DNA of 64,000 nt, taken from contig JAYWIR010000019.1 in NCBI GenBank assembly GCA_036172245.1, positions 682,001 through 746,000 on the forward strand. Direction: 5' to 3'. How positions within the stretch are numbered: position 1 is the first letter of the stretch; every line of letters starts with the position of its first letter. The DNA is from Raillietiella orientalis (lineage: Eukaryota). The notes under the pieces are model-generated. The model had not been told where the DNA came from, made no database searches, and worked only from the letters and a program-made list of their open reading frames with translations. A program made the position numbers and the translations under genes. Of this stretch, positions 25,049-38,312 are shown in pieces.

Positions 25049-25557
25049 ATGATGATAATGGATGAGTTACTGGAGAATAGTAAAAATTTCAAGACCGTTG
25101 TTTGTCCACGATGCCTGTGCGTAATACTGAAACCTAACTCAGCAACTTATTTAAACATAGAGGTAAATACTTTACAAAGTACATTTTCTGATGCAAATTT
25201 GTCATGATGTTTACCAATTTTTTAAAATGTTTGGGAAAAAGGATTCAATGTTACAAGGAGAATGTTTTTGTTTTGTTTCTTGCCATAAACTTGGTTATTC
25301 CAAAATATTCATAGGAGATTTAATTACAGCTTCAGATACCATACATTTCCTCAAAAGATGAAGAAGGGCCTTTAGAAATAATTAATGAGTTTTGGCAAGT
25401 GGATGATGTTTACATTTTCGAGAATATAGGTTTCACAAATAGTATCGGAAAAAAGAAGTATATTCTGTGTGCCGACTGTGAAATTGGACCACTTGGATTG
25501 CATGATGAGGCATCCAAACGAACATACGTTGCCTTGAAAAGAGTATTGTATAAATAA
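25049..25557 (+). CDS. RABIF: MSS4/RABIF (Rab-interacting guanine nucleotide-free chaperone)
   Basis: Two exons, 25049-25162 and 25330-25557: MMIMDELLENSKNFKTVVCPRCLCVILKPNSATYLNIE|LQIPYISSKDEEGPLEIINEFWQVDDVYIFENIGFTNSIGKKKYILCADCEIGPLGLHDEASKRTYVALKRVLYK*. Both CxxC zinc ligand pairs and the FENIGF and CADCEIGP motifs are present. The start could be 25058. Not in the ORF track. Confidence 0.93.
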
Positions 25558-26549
25558 TCCCGTCAAATGTTTTAATTTCTGTATATATAAACTAGATGCA
25601 TGTATTTAGTATGATGGAGCATAGCTTGCTTCCCAGTTGCAACTATGCTTCATTTCCCTAAAGGTTTCGAAAAATCGATAAACATTTATACAAATCTGTA
25701 TTGAACAGCATGAAAACCCAAATGCAGAAAATTTTTATCCATTAAACTGTGTATTTTATGAATAAACAATCTACAAACCCTTCCCTTCTCAATCCTAGGA
25801 TTTATGCAATTGAATTTTTTTTTTTAAAAAAAAAAAGTTTGGAAATTCAGACATGTAATGAATAACAGTCTTTACTCATTTGTTGTTTCTCAATAGCTAA
25901 CAAGGATAATACTAGTTAAAAGAGACCCTTACGAGCTTGCTAAAGATGTGTGAGTAATAAAACATTTCTTGTTAGGATCTGTAACCTAAACAAACTTTCA
26001 TTTTTCGGAAGCATTTTCTTCCATTTGTTCAATTGCATTAGCTGCATTAATATAGGACACTACACGTTGATGGCTAGCATGTTCAGGATTTATTTAGAGG
26101 TGTTTAAAAATAGTCCAGCAAGCAAATAAACATCTGGAGATCTTGATGTAGTGCTGCTTGATGTTGGTAGCATGCAAGGATCATGCAGTACATTAAGAAA
26201 AAAAAATACAGGTCATGGATCCAAAATTATTTGGGATTTATTTGGCAGATTTACATCCAAACACGTGATGTAATAGTACTGAGAAAGTAATTCCATTTAA
26301 GTAAAAAAAAAATTCTGCAAATACGTTTCCAGTGTTTGTTCTAATGAATCACTTCTTAAGTTGGATTGGCTTCATTCAGTGCAATGTAAATAATTTTCAA
26401 TCACTTCATAAAGTAGAAAAATAATATTTATTAACACGTGATTTCATTTTCTTTAAAACATTTTACTCAAAATATGGTAAACAATTCCTGAACAGCATCC
26501 ACACATTAGATTTTATTACAATTTTTTCGGATTAGCAATATTCTGAAAA

Positions 26550-29500
26550 TCACAGCCACATGTTGGAAAGCATATCCAAATACGGAGAAGAGATTTTTTG
26601 ATTGACTTCTTTATCTTTGTTAAGGCAAACAGTAGGTGCAAACTGGGGAACACTAATGTTCATTCCTTGAGGAAAACTCTGTTGTGGTTTTCTTGGGTTC
26701 AAATCTTGGGCTGGATCATGCTTCAAAAGAAAAAGAAAAAAAAAAAAAAATGGTTGACACAACTGACCTGATGCAAGTTAGGACCTACCAAGCTAAGGCT
26801 TTGATCACACTGCTTTGGGAAAATGGAATTGGCAGCATTTGCTTGCACATCAGTAGACTACAAAAGGCTGTAAAAAAAACACAAAACCCAATGACGAAGT
26901 TACACTCACTTGATAAGCGCCCCAAAAGCTATCGTCGCATTTGTTGTAAACAGAATGAAGGAATGGATTCTTGGGCAGAGCAGGATCTGACATGCACACA
27001 GGCTGCTAGTGAACAGAATTTCCAATGAAGCCAACTTGAATCCTTAATACACGTTACAGATGTTACTAATACCTTTAATGGCACAGTACATGTTGGTGCA
27101 GGCATACTTCCGATTTCTGATGGGTACAGAAACATCGAGAGGCGAATCTCACCACTACTTACTCAGGCATGGAGAGACAGACAATGGAGGCATGTTTGCT
27201 GGAGTCTGGCCATACAGTGCCAGGATCGAATCTGTCGATAATTTACATTTGTTCTGTTCCATGCTAGTATTACTGGATGGTGGCATAACAGAAGTTGTCA
27301 GTTGAGAAACAACAGGATCTATTTCACATACTGTAGTAACACATTTTGGAGCTAGGCTATTAAGAGATGAAGGAGAAAAAGAATTCAAGTCAAGACTATC
27401 TAAAACAACTACATCAAATTTAGTTTAAAAGTGATAAATTACCTAGTCCCAACAAATCATCCTCTTGCAAATCTGAAAATGATGTCTTAGCTTTCTCTTG
27501 CTCAATGGCTGTATGGGATTCGGCAGCTTTGCAATTGCTAGTGGATGTATTTTCTAACATTGGAAAAATACTACTTGGATTAAGAACTACAGTGGATGGA
27601 AGCACTTTTTTTGGATGTGTTTCCAATGTTGAATTCCACCTCAAAGGCACTTTGGGTAAAGTACCCAGTGACCATGTTTTGTCAATATACTTTTTAGCCT
27701 CGTATTTTCCTCGGATAAACGATTCTAGCCCTGTATCAGTCTGTGGTCGTCGAAAATCCTTTGGTAAATTAGCTTCATATACAGCTCTTGCCGTTTTATT
27801 GCCAAGTCTCTCCAGCATCTGACAATACAACAGGATGGAATTCATAGATACCAAAATCCAAGCCTCAAATTAGTTAGTTCTCATTTAATCAACAATGCAC
27901 ATGAAGACTCATGCATGTGGAAATCACTTCAGCATGTCAACAAGGAGGTCGCGATATACATACAGCTGCTAAACAGATTCTTGGTGCTTAAAAAAAAAAA
28001 TTGGGAAAACATGCATCTACAAAAAAAAAACTTGGTTTGAAGCAAGGCACTTGTTAAATGTCTAAATATCCTCATCCTGCTTACATTGATTTGGATGCAC
28101 ACACGAATTGCAGAATGCATTAACACAGTGTAAATAAGTGTATTTCTCATGTATTAGACACCTGAAGGTAGCAATATTTACAGTGGCAATATTTCCTATC
28201 GATATCATGGTTAAAGTTATGACTATGTGACTACCTACCCTGGATACAGAACACTGATAAAAAAACAATCTAGAAACAGCACATCCACTGTGAACATGTC
28301 ACATCACAAAACATGGCTCTTTGGAGATGAATTTATTATCCCAAGTCTTCGAGATGCTTACAAGCACATAGAAAGCTTATAACAAAGTTGTAAAGTGGAC
28401 ACATGAACTTGTAAAGAAAATGAAAGTTATACAAAAACTGGCTATCCTGAATAAAAATAATGTGAACAATGAAGCAACAAAACTTAAAGAAAAATGAGTC
28501 TAATTGAAACTGCTCACTCACATAAAATCATAAATGGCCAATTTACTCTGATCTGAAGCCATGCAAAAACACAAGTACTTTAAATTAATTCAAAATGCTC
28601 CCTTGCAGACGAAAATTTCAAAAACTCAATGCAATACTCAAATGTAAAGGAAGGACTCAAATGAAAACAGTCCTAGAGCACAAAATTACTCAGGTTATGC
28701 AAGATCCACTTCACACTCAATACCACATTACACCATATGAAAATACTGCATTAACACATTGGAATGCAGATGCTGATGGATAAAATAAATAGTAACAATG
28801 TATCGCAATCATAATGTAACTTTTTCAAAGTTTAAAACAAGAAACTGTAAGTATGAATGAACCATTTTTGCTGGGAAAACTGACATTCGGTTTGTTGGAT
28901 TAAAGAAATTTTGTAATCAAATGCTGCTAGGCCTTACCATTTTCAGTATATATTTGTATTTATAACGCACTGAATTCTTAAATATCCTTAAAAGTACCAT
29001 ACTGTTAATAGAAATGCATTTCCTGAACATAGTTTTAAAGCATTTAAAAATCCGTTTTTAATGACAGCTTAGTGAGAACACCAAACAAAATGAAAACTGA
29101 TCTCCAAATGTGAAAGGCATGAAAATAAATCAACTTACAACTATTTGCTCTGGAGACCATGAATCCAGATTCACAGACTTTACTTTTGAAATATGCACTC
29201 CCAAATTTCGATGGATACCAGCACATCTTATGCATAAGAAAATTCCTATGTTCCAAGATGTCCAGCGAGGGCCTATTTTTACAAGAATTTGGATAAGAGT
29301 GATTATTAACAAGGAACAGTTTGTAAGTTGAAAATGCATCAAGCAACATTCTTCAATACTTTTTTTTGATGGGAGGCCGATTTTCATTTTCGAATAACCA
29401 TGAATGCAAGTCCGAATTGTCAAGTAGTACGAAAACACAAAACATTTTGCATATAACAAAACTGGGCAATTGACTGAACGTCGATGTCACCGGACAAACA

Positions 29501-29792
29501 CATTTTGCAGCAAATACCACAATGAAATTTGGTAATTCTCTCATGAAACTATCAATTTTGATTTTAAGGTGCAACAAAGTGATTCTGATGAGTACATCAA
29601 GGGACCGCAAATGTTCAAGGCAATGCAAATACATACACCACTAATTACAAGGCAATCATAATCAATGCAACTACTACCTTTTGAATCACAGTCAGCACAA
29701 TACTTATTGTCGTCATCTTTTAATAGGTCATTCAAGATAACTCTGCATTTTTCTTGTACTTTATTTTTGTCGGCAGATCTATGGCTCATCAT
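26550..29792 (-). CDS. SMAP1: SMAP-type ArfGAP (stromal membrane-associated protein)
   Basis: Exons 29792-29678, 29272-29139, 27818-27443, 27399-27163, then small exons between ~27116 and 26768 (uncertain) and a last exon 26720-26550. ArfGAP zinc finger [62 protein letters not shown] clathrin-box-like motif and the SMAP motif [14 protein letters not shown]1 versus SMAP2 cannot be distinguished. Confidence 0.9.
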
Positions 29793-29999
29793 CTACTGAT
29801 TTAGCAGCTATCATTTATTCTATAAAATTATTGCATCTAACAAAAAAAATTAAAACACCTACTGCAATGGCACAAGCAACTTTTAAAATTTTCCGAAAAA
29901 AAAAAAAAAAAACTCTCAAGAGAATGACATGCTTACTTTCAAAATATTACAACATGGGTAAATATGATGGTTTTGCACATTCCCCTTTAATGAGCAAAT

Positions 30000-30620
30000 C
30001 CACATCTCAGGTTCCACCCCAAAACTTGTGTGCACGCTGGCGGCAAACGGGTACACGCAAGTCTGAAGCTACACCTGTGTCAATGTGCACATGTGCATAT
30101 GATCGCGCCATGATTATTCACATTATGTAAACATAACACAAACGTTACTGTGCCGGCACACTCGCAACTTTTTGTCCAGACAAGTACCAGTTTCGAGTAC
30201 ACGCACACGAACTGTACCTGGGAGGAGGGGTGGGGATGCTGACAAACCGAACACGAAAAGGGTCACGCTCCCTCCGGGACGAGGCAACACCCTCGGAAAC
30301 AGCGTAAACCCGGCTGTTGTACGAATACTTGCCAGTGTACATGGCAACAAACCTTACCAGCCGCGCTCTGTACATTACTGCAGCCCCCCCCCCCGCCCGC
30401 GAGGCACGTAAGCCTAGACTTACCGTTCCACGGACGGCATTGCTCAACGGACGCAGCCTTCCGGAATGCTTACGCAAGCGCATTGCGACACTCCTGCGGA
30501 AGCAGGGCAGCGCTTGCAGTTTTTGCATATCCCACCGGAAAAAAAAAACACACACACACACACAAACTCACACACGGTGCCATAAATTACTGTGCCAGAT
30601 TCTCCCCCGTAACAATACTC
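30000..30620 (-). promoter_or_regulatory. CpG-rich promoter / 5' UTR exon region of the SMAP gene
   Basis: Local CpG-rich patch inside an AT-rich, CpG-poor domain just upstream of the SMAP start; minus-strand donor ACG|GTAAGT near 30423; (CA)n at ~30549-30573. Confidence 0.45.
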
Positions 30621-32399
30621 ACAGAGTTTCGAATTTAAATCAAGAAGCCTTCTCTTCACGTGAAAGCAAAAGCGGCTTCCCAGTAGAACTTTTCACTTCG
30701 CTTGTTAGTATTTTGTTTTTAAATTGCAATTTTTGCGACAAAAATCTGTAATTTCACATCTCAGTAAATCAGATTTCGTACACTTCGATGGGACAAGATA
30801 TGCAGATTATCTCGATAGGTAGCTGCATTTACATCCGCAGAGGAAAAAACAATGGATTCTACTCATTAAGGATTAAAAGATGCCAGCATAAGTAAGACAG
30901 AGCACGAATGAATGCACAGCCATTTCATGGTCTTAATCATGCAAGTTTCTACGTTAATGACTAAACGGAAATTAAGCCACATTCCATTTGGATGGTAATG
31001 ACTAGAAATACATCATGACGATAGTGAGTGAGCCGATACTCCGGAAAACCTAATGAGATGATTTTTGCTGCATGCTGAGGGGAGGATGGAAAATAGGACG
31101 GATGCAATAATAGCAGTGATGACAGTAACATTACAGTTGAGCGAGAATTCCTTGAGTCTCATTTTTTTTTTTTTGCAATACAATCTTACCATGTAACCTT
31201 ACTCCGGTTTCAGCAAGTTATATTTGCATTCAGTTCCTATTCTGATTGATTATTGTCTACTCTGCAGCTAACCAAGGTTTAAAAAAATGAAAAATTAATC
31301 AAGTTTCAAGATGAATTAATCAGATCGTGACACTTAGCTTTCCTTTGCACATTTGTTGTAGAGAAGCCCATTGGCTCTTATTTTTCAGCCTCCATCCTCC
31401 CTGCTTTCCTCTCTTTTTTTTCTCCTCTCTCTAGGTCCTATTGCATACCAAGGCACGAAGACCCAACCCACAAATCAGCGTGAAGGATGTGAAAAAAACA
31501 AACAAATATCTGAATGCATTTATTTCAATTTCCAACTTTGCTTTCCAATTTTTTTTTTTTTTTTGTCCTCCTTTGAGAGCCGTGCTTTGCTCACGGAGTT
31601 CCGGAGTAGGGTTTGTGTGGTCTCTCGTACGACAGATGCACCTGCACATTTCCGGGAAGCTTCCTCACCCCTTGAAAGGTGGAGAGATGGCATCGTTCTT
31701 CTCAGCTGTTGAGGCATCCACAGTCCGAAGCTGCACGCTTTAAATTAGGACAGCGAAGCAGAGGCGACGAGTGGCTTTTGAGAAGCAAAACAACTCCACC
31801 TCATTTTTGTCTTCGGGTCACCTGCACGTTGACCTTCTTCTGGAAGGAAGTCAGGATGGATGCGCCGTGGACGGGGATGCGTGCCCGGCTGAGGCGAGAT
31901 CACACCTTGTACGCAGCTGGCAGCCCCCTGGCGACAGAGTCCTGCCTGACACTTTCACAGGACGGCAGCTCCAAGCTTCCGGCTGCCGCCACAGCGGAGC
32001 TGCCACTTCGGCGGCCGGCCAGCCCGGGAAGCTGTTCATGTGGCCGCCTCCACGCTGGGAACGGCAGCCGGGTAAACTCGTCCGGATAGAAGAGCGACGT
32101 GGTCCTTCGCTTCCGAGATCTCGAGCAGGCCTCAGTAGACGCAGAGCGCTGATCCGCAGTCCTCCTCGCTTCCCTCCGTCTCCATGGAGTTTTTTTTGTT
32201 TATTTCCAACCTCTGCCCTCGCGTCTTGCGGCTAAGACCGGGAAGAGCGGCCCCAGCCACCTTCTCAGCCGACCTGCGAGTCGGCTGAGAAGGTGGCTGG
32301 GGCCGGTCTCCCATTTTAGACCATCAGAAGCGGAAAAATAGGTGCGCCCGTCCATTGCTGAAGATAAACAGATCAATAAAACGTGGCAGGAGAAGACCC

Positions 32400-35000
32400 C
32401 TCCGGCGCTGGATCTCACTGGGCACACATGATCGGCGAGAGGGTGGAGGACGGCGAGGTAGATCCAAAAAAGAAACAGAGGTCACTGTGTCGCGCGCGTG
32501 ACCCCTCAGCGGTTCTCCCCAGGGTGCACGCGCGACTCGAATCGCGCTCCGCCGGAACCTGTCCAGATGGCAGCACTGTTCCGGAGATCGGCCTCGACGG
32601 CCACGAAGAGCCCTCCGGCTTCCGCCCCTCCCCCGAAGAGTGCAGTGAATCGCGGAGGAATCGAGGGGGGCAGGAAGACGGACGGGGGGACGCTCTTGAG
32701 GCGTGGGAGGTCACCTGGACCGTCACCCTACGGGAGTCGCCTCCGACCACACCAGGATGGACCTGGCCGAAGACCCTCTCAAGGGCGGATGAGGTTTCTC
32801 GGTGTTTCCGGTGGGAGCACCAAAATCGCCAGCTGTCCGATCGATGGCTCCGCGCTGCCTCCGCGAGACCGGCAGGCAGCCATCTTGCCGGCGCCTAGAG
32901 AACGAGGGCCGCGGCCACCCCTCCTTGCCCTCACTCCCCAGCTGCGGGATGATGATGACAACCCTGCCGCACGTGCTCCTCGCGCAGGGCAGGGTTGCCC
33001 CTGGTGAGGAGTGGAGGCGCGCGCCGCAGGTCAATTCCGGTTCCCGCAGCATCTCCTCGGAGAAGCGCTGACCTCTCCTGGATGGACGGCCGCCGTCGCA
33101 AGGGTCATCCTGGCTAGCCCCTGCACGCGCGGAGACGTCGTGCCAAGATGGAGGGAAGGTCGTCGGTGTGCCGATATCCCGGCTGGTATCCCTTGGAAAC
33201 CTCCGTCTCCTGCACGCGAAGGACGTCGAAGTGCTCCAGTCCGGGAGTGAGGTGAATGGGTGCCTTCGGGTGACCGTGGACCGGCTGACGTGGCCCCCCT
33301 GTGCAAACCTACCCATCCGTTTCCTACGCAGGTCCTCGGGAACCCTGCCAAGAGTCGCGAGACCGGCCCATCGAATCCCCTGTTTACCTACGGGTCCCAC
33401 TGCGCCTCCCTATACTCTTCCTACCCTTCCCCCACGAGTCGGGTTCCTCAGAGAGGATGGCCGCATTGGGGTCGAGTTGGCTCGCCCCTCGCAATGGTCT
33501 TCTGGGATGAAAAGGGCGTGCTGAGGTGCGCCCGCCCACGCAAGCAGGAACGCGAAAGGCGGGCAGCGTCCCCCGCGCAGTCGGTCCGGGTCAGGGGAGG
33601 AGGTCGTTGTGCTTCCGTCCCCAGGTCAGTGCTCGCTCAAGACGGGAGAGGACTCCGCTGCTGCTGCTCCCTGGGTGCATGGGTGGGAGGGGGCCAGCCG
33701 AGATCAGTTTGCTCACCTCTGAAATGCCGGGAGAATGGTCGGCCACCCCCTTCCTCTCCTCGGTCAGCAAGCGCCGTCTCGCGGGGCGATCCGCCCCCGT
33801 GCTAAAGGGAGCCGTCGTGGCGGCGGCTGCGGCGGGAGTCCGCGGTCCAGGAAGAGCAGGCATGGTGGACCAATGCTGGCGAAAACGAATTGTGTGTACG
33901 GAAGGAGGGGGATGGAAGGGGTCGAGCAAGGGGAAAGGCAGCGTCGACCTCGGCGGCTCCTCTCTCGACTTGTGAGAGGCTGCCGAAGAGGAATCAGAAA
34001 GTACCAGAAATCCCGCCCTGGGACCCTGCGTGGAGAGCGCGCGCACCACGAGGAAGGGGAGATCTCCCGGATCCCGCGCGCGATGCAGCTCGAGGCGACT
34101 GTGCGGACATCCCCTTGCCGTGGAACGCCCACGGGCCGGGTTCGTGGCGAAGACCCCAAGCCCTTGCCACCCTCGGGCGGCAACGTCTCAGGGCTCTTTG
34201 GGTCGCCTTCCACCCAGGCGGCGGCGAGAGGAAGGCGGAGACGGGGGGGAGGTTGTCAAGGCAGCGCACCCGCGAGACGGGTTCGACGTTGAGACTGATG
34301 CCGGGCTCTTCCGGGAGGTTGCGCCGAGCGTGCCCCTCGTCCCCCCTGGAGGCGCTGGAAGGGGCAAGGAGGAATAAGGAGCGCAGGCACCGAGGACTCC
34401 TGCGACTGTGGGGTTTGGAAGACCCCGGAGAGAATGGCCGCGCGGCACCGAGCGTCATGGGTTCGAATCCTGCCTGGGGTAGGACCGGTGCCGAGGACAG
34501 GAGGATTTTGAGTCGATCCTCCGGGATCCTTCCAGGGATCGAGGGATCGGAGATTGCCCTCTGGTGATGAAAGGGAAGTCGTGCACCACGGAACTGGTCG
34601 ATATCTCTCCAAGGGGGGTCGCCCCTCAGAGTGCAAGAAGCGCGCTGCTCCCTTCGGGGAGCAGCCCTTCGGGACTCTCTTCAGAGTAGCAAGGAAGGGT
34701 TCCTTTCCGGGGAGATTCCTTTCCGGGGGACCTCTCCGGAGGGAACAAGGAAGAGGTGGTTCACTTCGGATTGGCTTCCCGAGAGTGAGAGAGGACTCCT
34801 TCCTCCGGTAACCCTTCCTGACTGCATAGGGCGGTCCCCTCCCTGGGTGCCCCCTATCTTGAACAGTTGGCACGCACCTCCGGGTGGCCTGTAGAAGAGG
34901 GAAAAAGAGATTGTGGGAAGGCGGGGACAGCAGAAAAGTAACGGCGCGCCCGAACATCATCACCAGTGGAGAAGGTGCGTGCCGGATACGCGGCCTTGGA
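32400..35000 (-). mobile_element. decayed LINE 5' half: ORF1 zinc-knuckle and APE-endonuclease relic
   Basis: Colinear minus-strand motif remnants: LFY..GHPEVRANCSR*GH (knuckle, ~34840-34900), FDVLRVQET (~33200-33235), GRVVIII, AGDFGAPTG (~32810-32835), LDRF (~32555-32568). The order matches APE-type ORF2. Confidence 0.55.
34420..34560 (+). mobile_element. tRNA-derived SINE-like fragment
   Basis: B-box GGTTCGAATCC at 34460-34470; the flanks align with the minus-strand copy at ~38975-39100. Confidence 0.5.
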
Positions 35001-35155
35001 GGTCATGTGACGGTTTCAAGAGCAGGAGCGGGCGGGGACGGTAGTAACGGTACGCCCTCCCTCCTCCCACTTCCTTCCTGCCTTTGGCTCTCGAGTCCCC
35101 GTTCCTCGTAGCGTGGATGCAACCGGCAGAATGCTGAACAGGTGTTTGCGAAACA

Positions 35156-35815
35156 AACGATGAGCCCGGGGCAAAGGGTCAGAGAGGTCGTGAATACGCC
35201 AACCGAAACCGGTGGCAGGCAGCTCATGCATGCAGCGCACGCGTTCTATTGGATGCAGGCCGTCCGTGTCTCCTCCAGACGACGCGAGCGGAGCGACGGA
35301 GCGTCAGGGCGACGGGAGTGCCGTACCGGGCAGCACTTGAACTCGGGTGGCCACCAATGGGACAGCAGAAGAACGACCATAAGAAACAAACCCTAATAAT
35401 TCGTGCACATCGTCCGAAGATCAGGAAGATGGCTGTCCACGTGTCAACTCGCTTGCAGCTGATAATGGTATCTTACTTTCACCACCGAGATGGTCAAGGT
35501 CACGGCGTACTTCGGCGTCTGCGTCGGCTGGGTAATACTAATCAGTCGCCATCTTATTTTGTGTATACACATACATACATATATGTGCATAGTTAGGGTT
35601 GGTTCTTATCGACGTTCTTCAGCTGTTCCACTGGTGGCCCCAAGTTCAGGTGCTGCCCTGCGCGGCTCTCCTCCCTCTGATGCTCTGTCGCGCCGTCTGG
35701 AGGAGGCACCAGACGGTGCGTCCATTGGATTTCGTGAGCTGCATGCATGAGGCAGCCACCGGTTTCGGTTGGTGTACTCATGACCTCACTGATCCTTTGC
35801 CCCGGGCTCATCGTT
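35156..35815. repeat. ~230-bp imperfect inverted repeat (arms 35156-35396 and 35593-35815), possibly a Penelope-like element relic
   Basis: Both arms read AACGATGAGCCCGGGGCAAAGG...CCAACCGAAACCGGTGGC...GGGCAGCAC...AACCCTAA in opposite orientation. Confidence 0.85.
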
Positions 35816-37551
35816 CATACATACCGTCAGCATAACCAACCACATTTCATGTCTAACCTACGTCCCAGGCGCTGCACAACCTATCATGCTTTACGCCAAA
35901 TAGCCATCGTCAGCGCTTCACTCTGAACTGTTGATCGGAAGAAGAAGAAAGATTCAAGGATATCAAAAGATGGGTTGGCTCAGGACCAGTATCACATTCG
36001 CCACCACTGAGAGAGAAACAGCGCCCACAGGGACGCACATACCACCTCTTCGAGGCTGCTCCCAACTAGATGCTCCCTGGACTCTGCATCGAATCAAAAC
36101 GGAAGCGTCCCCACGAGCTCGCTTAGACAGTCGAGCAAAAGACTCGCCAGGGCACCTGGATCCCCAAAAAGACAGGATGGTGGGATGGAGCGCACGAGAG
36201 AGAAGGGTATTTATGGCGCACTTGACGTTTCCCCGCAACCTTCCAGGAATTCGCCATGGACCGAAACGGTAAGACGGAAGTCCGGACACGTCAACGTCAC
36301 GCTGGATTCAATGCCAGGAACGTCACTCTTGGAGAGGACTCTGGAATAAACGGAAGCAGAGCGCACAAAACTCCCATGGCTGGTCCACGGCCGCGACAAC
36401 GGCAGCTAGAAATAGCGGATGTCACAGAAAGTCAAACCTTCGAAGGTCGAGCAGTTTGTTGGATGCAAGGTGATCAGGTCAACTCAGGGGAAACAACATT
36501 GGCCTCGAAGAGGCGGCGCCCTGCACATGCAAAGCTGCAGAAGAGCCGATGCAGCACCCTTGCGCAATGGCGGACGTGCTGTCGTAGTGTGGTCTTTACA
36601 AGAGACGACCGTGATACCGTCCAGTACGATTTCTATGAGTCTCTGAAGAGTGACGCTCCACTCGACCCCAAGTACCAAAGATCTCCAAAGCACTACAACG
36701 CTCCACACGCGGCCAGCTGGGAACCCGATTAGAGGCCTCCCATATTATTGTACGGATGGCCGGGAAGCGGTCGTGGGTATTCGTTGCCGGATTGAATGGA
36801 TTGCCTCGAGCAGAAAAGCTGCTGCTTGCTGCAGCCGCAGATCCCCGGGGAGCCCTTGCCCGTCCGCCCGTTCGGACAGAATTCACCGGGACAGTCCCTC
36901 GGGCCTATCAAGAACTACGCTCTCGGAAACTCTGCACGAACGGGAAGGAACGGCCGTGGGGCGGCGAGCTGGAGGAAAATCGTAAGCCGGAGGAAGGTCG
37001 AAGGACGCACCAAGTGGTCTGTCTTTTGCTGATGCCCACATGTAACAGGGAAGCCGCGACCGCCCGCGTCAGGCAGGCATCGGGATTCACGACCGCGCTG
37101 TTTCGACTCGGCAGGCGGCCGTGCCGCCCGGAACGCATTGCTCCTGGAGGCGGGACCGCTCCAGAGGAACGAACCCCGGTGCGCCGGAGAGGAGGAATGC
37201 TCTTCCGCCGAACGGCACACCATGCGAAGATTCCTGGACGCTCCTTGATGCGCAGCCACGCACAATTTACAACCGGTCGTTTCGGGAATTTCGGGAAAAA
37301 TCCCTTGCAAAGCGACTCCCCAGCCTCACGTGGATCGCGGAGGGAGCGGTACTTGGATTGCAGATGGGTGGTGAAAAGTCTTCCCTGCCCCGCATCTGTT
37401 CACCCTGACACCTTCCTTTGGTGAGAAGGGGTTCCCTTTCACGAGCAACAGGAAGCAGACGGAAGGGCGATAATGACGTTTACACTGCTCCTCCTTCATA
37501 AAGCTTATCTTCAAAGGCCTATTTACTTCCACTCGATTCTGAGGGGCTCTG

Positions 37552-38312
37552 GCTCGAAATCCCGAAAGATCATGAAAAATAAATATGTGTACTCATTGTA
37601 TGTAGATATATATTTATACACACATTTACATTCCTATCTATCTATATGTTATCTGCATATATTGATGTATAAGCACATATATTTATTTATTATCACCTTT
37701 AATATATGTATCAACAGTTATAATCAACAAATTATCAATTTGATTAATAAAATGTCTGTCAATAGATCTTAATAAATATATATGTTCCAATAATGTAACT
37801 GTTAATAAATATGAATAACTATATGTGTTCAATTAAGTTTGTATACTACGCTGTGTAGAGTAAGCACATACATTTTTTTATAATCTTCATAATATATATT
37901 AATTTACATATTTATATATATCACTATGTGTAATAAGCATATATATTTATTTGTTATAATGTTTATATAAAGATATATATATCAATACATATAACAAGCA
38001 TGAATGTTTCATAGCCTTCATGATATATATTAAATATATAAAGATAAATATAAATATATAAAGATATATTTATTTTTATGGCCTTTTATATATATATCAA
38101 CAATATAATCGACAACTTATTTAGTGCATGCATAAACTGTATGTCATCGAATCTTAATAAATGTATCTGTTGCCAATAATATTACTGTTAATAATGTGTA
38201 CGTTAATAAATATGAATAACTGTGCTTATTAAAGTAAATCTGTATATCAATGTATGCGGAATAAGCCCTTGTGTTTCGTCCTCACATTCTTTCGGGATTT
38301 TGATCGGAACCG
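37552..38312. mobile_element. AT-rich foldback/MITE-like element, copy D
   Basis: Left CTCGAAATCCCGAAAGATCATGAAAAATAAAT, right CTTTCGGGATTTTGATCGGAACCG. The internal module (AATCAACAA..TGTCAATA..AATATGAATAACT) is present twice and shared with copy C. Confidence 0.7.

Noticed and set aside
26690..26720. B-box-like GGTTCAAATC suggesting a tRNA
   Set aside because: It lies antisense within the last SMAP coding exon; no cloverleaf.
35389..35600. AACCCTAA / TTAGGGTT at the inner ends of the inverted repeat as telomere-addition sites
   Set aside because: A single hexamer per arm, simply part of the duplicated sequence.
35900..37550. Possible decayed LINE RT region on the plus strand
   Set aside because: Suggestive fragments only; no recognisable YADD or QG motifs.
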